Shown here one piece after another: positions 23,912 through 37,400 of a stretch of DNA of 64,000 nucleotides. The DNA lies in assembly GCA_043228905.1 (NCBI GenBank), contig JBHGNT010000001.1:8556001-8620000 (forward strand), in the 5' to 3' direction. This DNA comes from Azolla caroliniana (taxonomy: Eukaryota; Plantae; Polypodiophyta). The stretch's first letter is position 1. Every line of letters starts with the position of its first letter. Under the pieces are notes generated by a model. It searched no databases, was not told the DNA's origin, and worked only from the letters and a program-made list of their open reading frames with translations. The position numbers were made by a program, and so were the translations under genes.

Positions 23912-24740
23912 GTCGGGTTCACCAAAGATGTCGAGTTATTACGCAAGTGCGTGTGGAAACGAGGCGGGACCGCGGGGGTCTCGAACCAAAGAGCAAGCGA
24001 GGGAGGAGAAAGAGAGAGAACAGGCTACGCAGAACCGGGGATACACAGGGACACGGCCCTTCAACACGGAGAACGCGAACAGACACCGACTCAGACAGAC
24101 GCGGATGACTAAATATGTATATTAACAAATGGCTAACACGACTACAACCCTCGATGGGGCACAGGTTGGTTACAACCGAACAGGCCGGCGAGCAGATGCC
24201 GATGCCTGTTCGCTTCGACGCACAAACAGGGGAAACGGGGAAACGGGGGTTTGCAGGTCGGAGGTGCTGCCGGAAGCACTCGGGCGTTCCTCGAAACAGC
24301 GCGAGCCTCCTCGGAACCCTGCACAGAAAGCTATGGAGCTCAAGAAGGAAGGAAACAGAGAGAGAGAAGCGTCCAGAAACGGTCCGACAGCACTTCGTCC
24401 TCTCCGCCCGCGATCCCTGCAACAGCTCTTTCCTCCTCTTTTTATAGCCCAACGAGCAGGCCGTCATGTCAGCTTTATTCCTTGTCCCTTTTGGACAGGG
24501 ATCCGCTCCGTCCTTCACGCGTCCGCGTAGATACGCCGCCGACTCGTACAGTTCCTTCGCTCGCGCGCGCGACCGAAAAGACTGTTCGCGCGGTCTTTGT
24601 CTCCACTTGTGTTAGGGCCCGTTCCTGCCGATTATCCTCCTAATTCGCTTCTATGTACAACTTGGAGCTTGCGCGCGTGAAGAACCGGTTCCCACGCCTA
24701 GGTGCGCCGATTCCGCCTATGGACGGTTTTCTTCACGACA

Positions 24741-27125
24741 ACGTCATCCCATCAGAGACCCACATAAAATCGGCATGGGGTTGCCATCTTGGTTTCTCTT
24801 GTTCGCTGAACCATAGGCCTTGGGTTTTATTCCAATTGATCTTGGCACCAGCCGTCTAACAAAAGTCCTCGACAAGATGTTCAGCTCGCTGCAAATTCTC
24901 CTCATCACCTTGCAAGAAAAGAACCGTATCATCGGCATATTCAAATAACAGCAAAACTTCAGTCGCATTGGGGATGGGCAATCCCCACAACCCACTGGTT
25001 GGTGCTTGTAAGTAGGCGGAGAAAGCCTCGGTTACAAAGAGATAGAGATATGGGGCTAGGGGACAACCTTGCCTCATTGAGCATTGTAGTTGGAAGGCGG
25101 GTCCCCTAGAACCAGCCATCAGCACGCTACTCATAGCTGTCCGATAGAGTGCAGAAGTGCAATTCCTCTATTTTTGAGGTAGGCCCAAAGCTCTCATCAC
25201 ATTTTCCAAAAAGGGCCATACAACCCTATCGTAGGCCTTCTCGAAGTCTAACATCAGAATAGCCGAGCTCGATACGGAGCGGCCAGCCAATGCCATGGCT
25301 TCCCAAAGAAGCAACACATTATCAAAGATACACCTGTTCTTGACAAATCCAGTTTGATTGTCATGTATGATGTCCAGTAAGAAGCTTGTTAACCGCCGAG
25401 CTAGGACTTTAGCGAGTATCTTGTATGTCGTGTTAAGGATCGTGATTGGACGCCACTGGCGCAACTCTAGGCTTCGCTCTGACACTTTGAGGATGAGATA
25501 TATCATCCCCTCAGCCAAACCAATCGGCATCTTTCCTGAGGAACAAATCTCTTGAACTCCGGCTTCCAAAGACGGGATAACACATTCCCAATGAATCTCG
25601 AAGAAATCTCGTGAGAGACCATCGGGGCCAGGGCATGCACCCCTTCGCAATCCCCTAAGCGCCTCTGAGAGTTCTAAACGAGAGATGGGGTTATCAAGCA
25701 CAACTTCCATTGCCTGGGTTACCATGGGTTGAATGCAAGACATCACTCGATCAGTCAGCTCCGTGTTTTGCCTCACATGCATAGGTGCAAAGAGGTCACA
25801 ATAGTATTGTGTTGCCATTTCCAAAATCTCAGTCTTGTCCTCCGTTATTGAGCCGTCTGGTTTGCGCAGCCCTTGTATACATCCACCACCACCCTTGGGT
25901 GCCTAGTAGTGAAAGAAATGTCGATTGACCTTGTCGTCTTTTCTAGCCCACCATGTTGAGTTTCTTCGAAACAGCATTCGGTTCTTCTCCAAAGTCCTTT
26001 CCTGTACCTTCATCTTTGCTTCCTCCAGCTTAGCTCTAGACCAATTGCAACCAGGCTCTACCTGTCGCAGTTGTTGCGCTGCCGCAACGGCCTTCCTTAA
26101 TTTTGTTTCAATGGCTCTAACTTGTTGGAGGGCGTGCTTGGTCTCTTGTTGTAAAAAGGAGGAGGAGAGGGCCAATTTTTTCTGCAAATCTTCGCTGGTT
26201 GATTCACTGCCCATGGTGTCCTGCCATATACTCTGTAACCGGCCTTCACCTCTTCACTCTTCATGATCTTTGTGGGGATCTTCACATTGAGACTGCGCTT
26301 GCTATCGTTGGGTGGGTTAAGGTCTAGTCTCACCGGATGATCTGAAAAGGTAAGACCTTCCAAGATAGCAAAGGAGCCCCCCATGGTGTCCTGCCATATA
26401 CTCTGTAAACCGGCCTTCACCTCTTCACTCTTCATGATCTTTGTGGGGATCTTCACATTGAGACTGCGCTTGCTATCGTTGGGTGGGTTAAGGTCTAGTC
26501 TCACCGGATGATCTGAAAAGGTAAGACCTTCCAAGATAGCAAAGGAGCCCCCAAGCTCTTCGAGGGATGAGCTGATGTATATGCGATCTAGCCGTGCAAG
26601 ACTACCCTCCCTAGCATTCCCGGCGGCTCTGGAAAAGTGTAGCGAATGTGAGCTTCTCCTAAGGGAAGAGCCCCATGTATCCTTCACCCCGATTTTTCCA
26701 ATTAGGAAAGCCCATGAATCCAGCTCCGCACCATAAATAGGCCTCTGGGTCCCTCCTTTTCTATCTCTCAGGTGTTCAGTCATGTTTAAATCACCTGCCA
26801 TTACCCAAGCCTCGGCATCAGGTAATGTTGTCACTAACATCCTCCAAAAGATTGCTCTCTCGGGGGCTAAGTTAGGGGCATAAATGTTTAGCACCCCAAT
26901 CTGTAGGCGATTCCATTTCAGAAGCACGTATAAGGCCTGACCCTCCACCAGCGTGCCAGATAATGTTACTTCGTATCGGGCCTTATCGCTGATCGAGATG
27001 CAGACCCCTCCTCTTCGGTGGAGGTCACCCTGCGCAGCCGACCACCATGTGGTCCACCCACCCGACAAGGGGTTTACTAAGCTCTGAGTTTGCTCTTGCG
27101 AGAGGTGGTGTTCCTGCAAAAGCAA
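24741..27125 (-). pseudogene. LINE ORF2 endonuclease and RT portion, frameshifted
   Basis: LLQEHH, NIYAPN, AGDLN, RLDRIY, SDH, PGPDG, WRPITILN, LDFEKAYD, RQGCPLAP, YADD. Confidence 0.9.
26210..26552. repeat. Tandem duplication (~171-bp unit x2) inside the LINE endonuclease
   Basis: ccatggtgtcctgccatatactctg at 26211 and 26381; duplicated peptide GGSFAILEGLTFSDH... Confidence 0.9.
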
Positions 27126-28759
27126 TATGTCAATATGGCCCCCTATATTAATGGGATTCAGCTCCTCCTGAACTCTTCTGCACTCTTGGTGTTGTCGGCC
27201 TCCACCAACGCCCTGTACATTTCACGTTAGGATCCTCATCCGAAAACGATGACGTTGACGCCCATGTTCGGGCCGATCCCCATGTTATGGGGCAAACTAA
27301 CCCCTGTTTCGGGGGGTATGGTCTCCACAGAAGACTGCAAATCCCCTGCGGGATTCTCAGCCGGTCGTTCCCGACCCGCTTCAAATAGATCCCGGGATAC
27401 ATTTGTGCTCCGAAGCAGTGGCACATCTTGCATCCCTCTATCTAAGAGAGTCGTCGCCAAACCAGGTGTTGACCTGCCTATCTTACCCTTTCCTTTGTCC
27501 TTGAGCTTGCCCGTCCAGATCCATGATTTCACTAATCTGAGGCCACTACCACATTCATGTTCCAACGGGAGGGGGGCCTTTCCCAACTTCTCTTCCGGTG
27601 TGGACGGTACAAGTTGGGGTTGCATCTCCATCGAGGTAGAGAACACGAGTTCAGGCTCTCGTGGGGGAAGGCATGAGGAGTCGCATGGGGACAACATTTC
27701 TGCCAACGCTTCTGGGTCGCCATCCCCTAACCCTTGAAGAAGTGTAAATCTGTTGGTAGCTCTCACCTGTAGGTCAGGTGTCTCGGCACTCCCAGAGAGG
27801 ATCTTTACCCATTTCAAGGGTTGCTCGTTCGCGCTTGCTGGTGACAAGGTAGCAGGACTTCTTTCGAAGGGGTGGTCATGAAAAAGGGCGGAAGAGGATG
27901 CACCTAGGCCTCCAAGTTTCCCCTTCTTCTTAATGGGTAGCCAAGGAGCCTCGTCACCCTTGGTTGTCCCGACTTTGCCCGAGGGTCAAGGTCCCGAGCT
28001 TCCCTTTCCAGTCTTGCGAGGACATGCCTTAGCTAGGTGTCCTATCTGTTTGCAAATGAAACACTACCCCGGGAGTCCCGCATAAACCACTTTCACCACT
28101 GTGAGACCTAGCTCCTCAAAGTAGAGTCTAATCCTTGATGGAAGTCCATGGAGGGAAGGCACCAAGATGCGCACCTTGGGCACCTCCACAATTGTGTCTT
28201 CCATTGACGCTTTTTGAGGACATATCATCCCTATTTGTTCGCCAAAAAGAGGGAGCAGATGGCACAAATGGGGAGGGAGGCCAGGAAATGTTGCGATGAT
28301 CACCCTAGGGTTGTTGAGTTTCCGTAACTCTTCAATCGGATTGAACCCTGGTGACCATGGCTGGAGCAACACCTTGTCGTACTTCAGTTTGAGTACCTTG
28401 AGCTCGACCAATGGTTGTGCCAGCGAGCCATTACCTAAGTCAATGTGGAAGAATTTTTTCCCTAAACCCCTGACACTCTTGATCACAGGCATGTTCTCCA
28501 ACACAGCCACCTAGAACATGTCCCGAACCATACCCCGACTTGGTCTACCTGCCAGAAACCTACATACGAAGGAGGTACGCCGTAGGCATTCGATTTCCTC
28601 CGCTAAGAAACGGTTGGCCTCAGGGGACAAGGTAATGTCGAGATCTGATCCACCTTCTTCATCGAGCAAAATGGGCGCTGGTGGAAGCTCGATTCCTCCC
28701 ACCATTGCGAGTTATGTGTCTTGCGAGGTTGTCTGTGTTGTTCTTCCCTTCCCCCTTTG

Positions 28760-28868
<109 letters not shown>

Positions 28869-29898
28869 TAATGTGTTATTGTGTGTTTTCTGGTTGGGAG
28901 AGGGAGGGAGGATTGTGGGTGTGGGAGTACTTGGACAACAACTAGCGTTGTGCTCCTGCTCCTGCTCTGTTGGACAACGCGTGCATTCTTCATCGTGCAC
29001 CTGCTCCTGCTCCTGCTCGCCATGTCTGCGCACCCTGTTCTGCTACTCGCGCTCCCGCCATCGCTCCAAGGGCATAGGTTTTATGTTCTTGAGCAAAAGC
29101 AAGACTATTATATTGTGGTGTGCATGTGTTCCTTATCTGCATTTCACAATATGTAATCCATATAGCTAAAATTAAATTAGCAATGTGTAAATTGTTGTGG
29201 AACATGAACATTACAAAATGTTCGAGGGAGAAAAATCTGACTTTTAAGTCATAATGTAAGTGATAATATCAAAGTTAAATATATTAACGATGTCTACCAT
29301 GAGCTACACATTGGACCCCTTGGTTTATAAATGATTGTAAGGTTGTAAAACACACATACATCCTAACCTTGACCCTTACAACATCATCTTTATACATTTC
29401 ATTTATAAATAAAATTTCTAATGTGCTTGTAGTTGCTCTTAATGTCACTATGGAGTTTGAAATTTGTTTTGTATACCCATTTTTTATCTTTGTTTGAGCC
29501 TTGAGAGTAAATATAAAAATTAGGAGAACGGTATAAAAAATCATACCTTCATCAATATTGTTGCAATGGCAATAATCTTAGGTCAATGTTTTGCCAACTT
29601 CGTGTTCAAAACACCATTACTATACCAAAGTTAGGCACGATGCATCCCATTTTGATATTGAATAAATAGTACATTGATGTTTGGCAATTAATGCATCATT
29701 GTTATTGGTTGACCCGAGATCAACTTGGGGTTAGGAAGATCTTTTATTTCACCGGTTTAGGCAATATATGTAATGTTGTTTAATAATTGTTAAATGACAC
29801 ACGCACACTCTCTCTCTAGTAGCAAAAACAAGTTGTTAGATTACCAACACAAGGCCTTTGTATTCAATACTTAACTTTCACACCTTTTTATTACATGT

Positions 29899-29970
29899 AC
29901 GGAGTGTAGAGGTTGGATGCATGACCTTCTAGTCTTCACCGAACAAATCTACCATTGAGCTACAACCATC
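29899..29970 (-). repeat. tRNA-derived repeat (degenerate A/B boxes)
   Basis: Minus strand reads gatggttgTAGCTCAATGGtag...agactagaaggtcatg.atccaacctctacactcc, similar to 57172-57243. Confidence 0.55.
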
Positions 29971-30866
29971 TGTGATATCTCTCTTATGCTATAATATTAC
30001 CATTATCTCACTTGAATGTCGTAAATAGAGGGAGAACTTGTTCTCATTTTTTAAGAGTGGAAGAGGTATAAGTTGAACATGAACTTTAGAGAGGGTGGGG
30101 AACTAAAACTTGTGACAGGAGACACAAAGAGATGACTACAAACCAAAGTGAGGCAGGGCGAGAGTATCCCAATATTATTAACGTGTCACAATCCCTGTAG
30201 GTTTGGGATTTTTTTAACGGTACACCAAAAAGAAAATCTAAGCTTCTTTCATGAAACATGAGACACAAAGAGAAGGGGGAGGGGATGCAAATTAGATTGC
30301 CAAAATCGAAGGACCAACTTGCCTACAAAGATAGACATGAAAGAATTTCATTGTGTTTAAACGTTGGGGAATAATACTATATTTTGCTCGGAGGAATTAG
30401 CTTGCAAATCGATGCCCTTTTAATATCCTGAAAAGCTCTATAGGAGAAAATCGTTTCGCATTGAAAATTTTATTCTTTGGGATAACATGGGGTGACTGAT
30501 TTATGGGGAAGTGAGCTTCTAAAGGTAAAAGTAGGTTCACTTTAATGTGTGGGATTGACAAGGAAAAGCCTTGCTACAAGTGCCTAAAACATGTTGTGGT
30601 TTGCATGTGCAAATAGTCCAAATTAGATCACATGAAATTCCTCGCAATTAAAATCATGCACGCCTTCGAAGCTTAACTTTACTCCATGTTCATATCACGA
30701 CAGAATTAAATATGATTTCAGTTACAAAAAAAGTAAACACCCCATGCTAGAATAACAAATCAAGGTTCTAATGTTCCCTATTTAAAGCTCGCCAATGCCA
30801 TGCAAAGCTCATCCATCTCTCTCTCTCTAGTAAACATCATTAGTAGAGTTCATATCCATACTAACA

Positions 30867-31409
30867 ATGGCAACTAGATATAGCTCAACTACATTGGTAG
30901 TAGTGATGATGCTTCTAATGGCCATGTCCGTAGTTGCGAGGAAGAGCATCGTACTCAAATACTACACACAACAACAGCTCGGAGTGAATGAATTCGGGAG
31001 TGTGCCGGCAGCCATTCCCCCAGTGAATGGCACATTCACCGGTGTCGGCCTCGAGGTAGTCTATAACTACACGGTGACAAGGACCGGTGACCCTACGTCC
31101 CAAGTGTTGGGCACCATCCGCGGCACGTCTGTCGTCGTGTCCAACACCGCCCAAGCCACATTCTTTGTTGTCAACACCGTGGTGCATTATGCTGACCCCA
31201 AGAAAGGAGGCCTCAATGGCACCTTCACCACACAAGGGGAGGCTAACTTTGGCACCGGGGCTTTCGAGCTAGCTGTGACGGGTGGGACTGGCGACTTCCG
31301 GGGCGTCTTTGGCTACACCACCGCTGTCAACTTCAGGTTCATTCCACCCACAGCCAACTCTACAGCTAAAGTCACTAACTTTTACCGAACCGACCTTTGG
31401 TGGGCATAA
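30867..31409 (+). CDS. Secreted dirigent-like protein (180 aa, intronless)
   Basis: Hydrophobic signal peptide, ELAVTGGTGDFRGVFGY motif, VLGTIRG, four N-x-S/T sites, upstream TATTTAAA (~30779) and an AACAATGGC start context. Confidence 0.85.
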   Translation: MATRYSSTTLVVVMMLLMAMSVVARKSIVLKYYTQQQLGVNEFGSVPAAIPPVNGTFTGVGLEVVYNYTVTRTGDPTSQVLGTIRGTSVVVSNTAQATFFVVNTVVHYADPKKGGLNGTFTTQGEANFGTGAFELAVTGGTGDFRGVFGYTTAVNFRFIPPTANSTAKVTNFYRTDLWWA

Positions 31410-33132
31410 CATCCTTGTTTTCCTATGTTTGTGTTGTGGACCTACTTCTAGGAAGGGTGTAGTTCTTTTTAGTTATTTTTAAATAATGGAACTTAAATTT
31501 TTTTGTGGATGCTTCAAAACTATGCATTAACCATCAATCCTTATCTTTTCCATTGCAATGATGAGAATCGTCCATTACACGTTGTTTTCATTGTACATAT
31601 AACAAGACAATCCATCATATTCCATAATCAATTATGTCATTTTTAAGCATGATCGTTTAACATTACATTAGCAATGTCGCACCATGTGATCCTAGAGCTT
31701 TCTTGCAGATCTCTCTACCTCATGTACATTTTGTTTTCGACACGAGATAAGAAATTGGATAATATATGTCCCACCAAATAGCGCTAATAAGATTAAAGAG
31801 AGTGTATATTATGAGAGCCATCAAACTCTTGGGTATTGTTAAGTGTCTAGAAGTTATATATAGCTAAAATAAGTGATAAGGAAGCCCATTCAAGTGCTAA
31901 TCCACACCAATATACAATAGGGCCCAAGGTCATGCTTTGTATAATTCTGCCTTCTCATTACTTAGCTAGATGAGAGTGGGTGGACCGTGGGAGCTAGTCC
32001 CTTTACATCAAATATTCCTACATATGATAAGGGAAGTTACTTTCTTAAGAGAGGAAATGTTTATTAATGCACATTGTATGTGCCGCACCGAGCTTCTTTT
32101 TACACTCGATGTGGACAATGTCACACATTATTAGGTGTGAAAAATGGAGCGGGGAGCAAGTCCATGAGGGTCTTGTACAAAGGAAGAAGATCTGTCAAGT
32201 TCGCCAAATTGAGCTTTGTCAAGTTCTTTTGAAGGTTGGTGAAGGTTGGAGCAAGTCTAGGTTGACTAATGGGTTTGGATGTAGGCTTCCTTGTTTGGCT
32301 TGGTTGGCTTCGTTAACTTTGTGTTGAAAGTTTCATTATTACACTTTATAGATAGGCTCAATTGGTTCTATATGTAGGCATAATAGGTAGGCTTGGTTGG
32401 CTACATATGTAGCCTTATTTAATATTAGACTTTGTTGGTGTAAAAGTTGAAGAGATGGAGTCAGGGCTCTTGTGACACTATGGGCGCTCTATGGGAAGTG
32501 TACTTATAATGTGGTCTCTCGAAATGATGAAGGCACTTAAAACTCACAACATAATTTCAACTTGAGCACTCACAGAGCTCAAGATTAGTCCAAATCAAAA
32601 AAGGAACAGAGAATGGAAGGACACAATAAAGCCCGCAATTAAAAATAAGCTTTTAATTAAGAAGAGCTAGGTGGAACAAAATGAATTCAACAAGATTGAA
32701 GGAAAAAGGGCATGTACACATTGATGCTCCTTTGTAGCCTATAATCCCCTTATATTGAGAGACGATCTCCTCTACGCACCAAAAAGTAGTCATCAAAGTA
32801 AATTCCCCTACCCAAAATCCCCTAGTTCAAGAAGAATAAGAACAAAGAAAATACTAATATCATCTTTGTAACCCCAAATCAAACACACACAAAAATGCCC
32901 CCCGAAAATTTTGCCTTGTTATAGGAATCTATAGCACAAGCTCGTATCAAAAAAAGGCATAACGTACAAACCTTAAAAGCAAGGCATGCTACCAAAAATC
33001 AACGATTTGCTTGCAAGTCACATCACATTAAACCTTTCCACTACATTAAGGTGATAATATTTGATTGCACATAATCAAGATATTGGTGTTGGCTACAATT
33101 CAAGTGCAACCTTCGGAGCATTGCATTTCACC

Positions 33133-33492
33133 AACATTGGATACATATTAAAAGGACAAATCTTTCAAATCAAAATCTTTCTCATCATTGTTGTCTTTGG
33201 TAGGTTATGGTATTGAAGATTAGGCTCTTTTTGGTGAGCAAGTACTACATATCAAATTAATGATGAACAATAAAATAAAACATTAGGAGGAAAAAGGATT
33301 AAGTGTGCTTAACCTCATCAAACATTGGATACATATTAAAGGGACAAATCTTTCAAATCAAAATCTTTCCCGTCTTTGGTAGGGGAGTAGAGATTAGGCT
33401 CTTTTTGGTGAGCAAGTATTACATATCAAATTAATGATGAACAATATAATAATATATTAAGGGAAAAAAGGATTAAGTGTGCTTAACCTCAT
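33133..33492. repeat. Imperfect tandem duplication (~188-bp period)
   Basis: aacattggatacatattaaa at ~33133 and ~33321; both units end in gtgcttaacctcatc. Confidence 0.85.
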
Positions 33493-34150
33493 CGACCATT
33501 CCCAATCAAAGGAGATGAGACAAACATAAAATATCATCATCATTGTACCATGCCATAGAATATTACCTTATGTTAGACCTTGGTAGTTGTATAACGAATC
33601 TGAAGAAAGGAGCTTACCTTACTCGTAAAGTCTCAACAACGTCGCCAACTCTATAGAGACCATGGATATGCCAAGGAGGTGCAATATTAGTTTTGAACAT
33701 ATGCAAGACAATATATGTATATTCTTTACTTTAACTTTAATACAAATGAAGGATATTTTTTATGGAAAAAAAACGACGTCTCCAACTATCATAATGAAGG
33801 GGGTAGTTGGTCCATTGCATATAGCCCAACACCATAGGTTCCCAAGCCAACGCATGTTCCTATGTGTCATAAATCCTTAGGGTTTGTTCCAGTTGCTAGA
33901 ATAACTGGTTTCCAAAGTGTCATACCTTTCCATTAAAATTAAATTGGTCCTTAATATTGTTTTTCCTAGAACAATGATCCCTTCCACACCTTTGACAAGT
34001 GGCCTCTCTATGAAATCATACCATGAGGTCCTAGTTTTGTTTATCTCCAAATGTGGATGGTTTGTATTTCGTGGGGTTGTTGCATGGTCTTACCTTTGCC
34101 TCATGCCATCCCTAACTGTAATACTTATGTTTATTCAAACATTGACTTAC

Positions 34151-34410
34151 CATATGGGAACCTTAGCAATTGAGACAATTCAAATTTGGTTTCTAAGGAG
34201 GCTTTCATATCACGTTGATCCCCTCAAAGTAGGTACATATGGGAACCCTAGCAATTGAGACAATTCAAATTTGGTTTCTAAGGAGGCTTTCATATCACAT
34301 TGATCCCCTCAAAGTAGGTACATATGGGAACCCTAGCAATTGAAACAATTCAAATTTGGTTTCTAAGGAGGCTTTCATATCACATTAATCCCCTCAAAGT
34401 ATGTACACAT
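34151..34410. repeat. Minisatellite, 3 x ~85 bp
   Basis: catatgggaacc.tagcaattga...cccctcaaagta repeated three times. Confidence 0.9.
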
Positions 34411-34530
34411 GATAAACATTGTTTTCTACCTCAATGTGGTAGAAAACACTCCTTCATGTTGTCTTTCTTCATATTTGTCCTTTGTTTCTTCTTTAGGACA
34501 CCAATATCCATGGATAAACTAAAGATTGTC

Positions 34531-34561
<31 letters not shown>

Positions 34562-35766
34562 GGACGGAGGAAAAAACCCAATAGTGGAGAAGGGAAGAAG
34601 AAGCGAATTTGGTTTTATTATTGTGCTCTCTATCGGTAACGGAATTGAGCACAAAGACAAGCATTGGAAAGCCCTCGAGTAGAGCTTCGCAACGAGATAT
34701 AGCAAGTTGAATTTGGCGGTTTGTACGAGAAACAGCGATAGCAATAAGGAATCTTGTGTTGTCGGCATCCACATACTCAAAACTCATTGTGGGTCTTCGA
34801 TTGCTTTCAAAATCTTCGACCTCTTCAATTGGGTGAGTTCTGATTTTCTCTCTTGTTCATGGAAAATTGTTTTTATCCCGGATCGATATAATGATGGACA
34901 TAAACATGAATTCCTCACAAATTGTGGGGGATATTGATATGGAAACAATCGATCCAAAAACGAGTAATGTGATGGTTGAATGTAATCGTGAAAGGGAAGA
35001 CATTGGAAGCTCTAAGAGGTTTAAGGGAATTGAAGAAATTAATAAGAAAAAATTAACATATTCCAAAATAATACATGTAGATGAAGTTGACAAGGATCAC
35101 TGTAATTGGGATAATTTATGGGGAATTGCCAATACCTTATTGTCGGATATTGTGGAAGAAAATGAAAATGCAGCGAAAGAATGCATTGAAGAGGATGTGC
35201 ATGATTTGGAAGTTGAGACTAAGGCAGTTTTGCAATCATTTGATGTATTCTACGATCGTGTTGTTATATTATTTTTTACCGGCAAACTCCCATATGTTAA
35301 TTGGATTAAACAATGGTTGAACACAATCATGTCACCAAATTGTGTTGAAAATATATATGCATGACCACAAGGGTTTTATGATGTGGTATTTTGTTCACCG
35401 GAGTATCGAAGTGCATTGTTGGGTAAAGTTCCTGTGTTTTTTGATAAACGATTGGTGCATGTTATGCAATGGTCCCCCGTAGTGGACTATCATGCTTTGT
35501 TAAAACAAGAATGTCCTGTTTGGGTTAGAGTGGATTGTAAGCATGCTTTTTTATGGCCACTTTTACCAGAGTTGATGAGTCAAATGGGTAAAGTGTTGGT
35601 ATCTCCACATGCAAATGCTGCAAATAAGTGCAGATTTTGTGTGTTATGGGATACAAGTCACAAGAGGCCAGGATGGGTGCGAATGAATGCTCCTGGTATG
35701 AGAAGTCTTTGTTTTAAACTGAAGTGGGAGACATTTGCAGGTCATTGTTTTGGATGTGGTGAATGA

Positions 35767-36746
35767 TGTTATCATGATGATTGTTGTGTGTGTGTAGGGG
35801 GCATAAATGTAATTGTGAGTCGATACGTATGTGAACACATGCACACGTGTGTGCATGTGGATGGATACGAGGAGGTGTAAGTGAGTGTCCAGTATGAATG
35901 CTCTAGGGGGCTTACACCCCTTTGTATCTACCCCCTCTTGTACTATTTAACCCCTTATGGGGAATGAATGAAAGATGAATGATCATTTTCTCTCTCAATC
36001 TCTCTCTCTCTTGTCATCTCTCTTTCCCCCTCACCGGCTTGGTAGTAGTCGTTTTCCTCACGGGTTGCCGTCGTGGTTGGGCTGCCGGCGGCCCTTCGTT
36101 CAAATGGGTTCTTGGGCATAGGTCCTTTGTATGGTTTTAGTCTAAATCCGTTGACCCATTTACCCAGCACCTCGCCGACAAGTGTCCCTAACTGGTAAGA
36201 CCCATTAAACCCGCGTGTGATCCAGTATGGTCCGGTCCATCTAAACCGTAGTTTGCTTGGCATTTTACCCATCCGGGTCTGGAACACTAGTACCGGCTTG
36301 CCAACTTCAAACATCTTTTCATTTCCTTTCCGGTGCCGATCTACAAACTCTTTCCGTCGTCGTTGTTCCAATTCCAGGTGCATAATGCTGACCAGTCGGT
36401 GTTCTTCTAGTTCACACAGAGCCTTTAACCGAATTGCCTCTGATTCCTTTTCATTGAGTCGTTCCCGAATCTGAATCCGTAAGCTCGGTACCTGGAATTC
36501 AACGGGCATGACTGCCTCTAATCCGAATGCTAACCGGAACGGTGTTGTTTGGATGCTTGTTTTGTACGTTGTCCTGTAAGCCCAGAGCGCACTGTGCAGC
36601 TTCGTGTCCCAATCTGTCCGATTTTCATTGACGATCTTGCACAGGATATTCTGTAGCGTTTTGTTTGTTGACTCCGCTAATCCGTTGGCTTGTAGGTAGT
36701 ACGGGATGCTCCGTTTATGTACTACCACATAGAATGACGTCAAGCT
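35767..36746 (-). mobile_element. Truncated Gypsy fragment (integrase C-half, PPT, 250-bp 3' LTR 35767-36016) inserted in LINE ORF1
   Basis: QANGLAES...ALWAYRT...WTGPY; gagggggaaagagaga precedes TGACA..TAACA; absent from LINE copy B. Confidence 0.85.
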
Positions 36747-37400
36747 GGGTCACTTTATGGCGGAATACCATGGTCATTGTCCTTCAACTATAGAGGTTCC
36801 TATTGAAGGGAACGATAAGGAAGGAGTTGGGAGAGATGTTGGTGTGTCAGATTTTGTGGATGAAGGAACATCACCTAGAGCAGGTTATAAAGAGGTCTCA
36901 CTTCAAGGTTTGGGCCCTAAGAATAAGGGAATTGAATCTATGGATATGGAAAAACAAAGTTTAGTGGTTAAAGATAAGGGGAAAAAACCATTGGATAGAG
37001 CTAGTAGTGATGTTATTGACAAAGATTGGCATGAAGTTAAGGGCAAGTCGAAAGGGAAATCAATGAATATGCAACGTAGTAGCTTGCCCACTACTCCTGT
37101 GACTACTTGGCAAGGTAATTCAAGAACTAGGGAGGGCCCTCGAAAAGTTCCTTGGCAACGATAATCTAGGGATAAGGGATTACCCCTTCACCTTCAATTT
37201 GATTCATTAGGACGAGTTATAAATTCATCGAATTCTCGAGGTTTTCGTCAAGCGGGAGGACCTAAAAAAAAGGTTTCGATAGACAACCCTAAGGATGTGA
37301 TGCATGAAAATCCATATGCAGCATTGGAGCATGCTTTGACTAGTTTCATGACATTGGTTGCTCTAAAGGAGCAAGTGCTCCCATAACATTTTTTTATTGA

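Larger units (their letters stand above)
17414..24740 (-). mobile_element. Young Ty3/Gypsy element, non-chromoviral (LTRs 17414-18225 and 23929-24740)
   Basis: Two 812-bp LTRs with only one mismatch noticed; 4-bp TSD ACGT; PBS at 23907-23924 complementary to the tRNA-Trp 3' end; PPT at 18226-18240. Confidence 0.97.

Noticed and set aside
17335-24643. Many 100-270 aa overlapping and antisense ORFs in the Gypsy and its LTRs
   Set aside because: Expected by-product of high GC content and codon structure; no recognisable motifs, and the duplicates simply reflect the two LTRs.
32060-32960. Possible further LTR or retroelement remnants
   Set aside because: No termini, TSD or protein motif could be supported by eye.
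34151-34410. Regularly spaced repeats that could suggest a CRISPR array
   Set aside because: The whole unit repeats with no unique spacers, the context is eukaryotic, and there are no cas genes.
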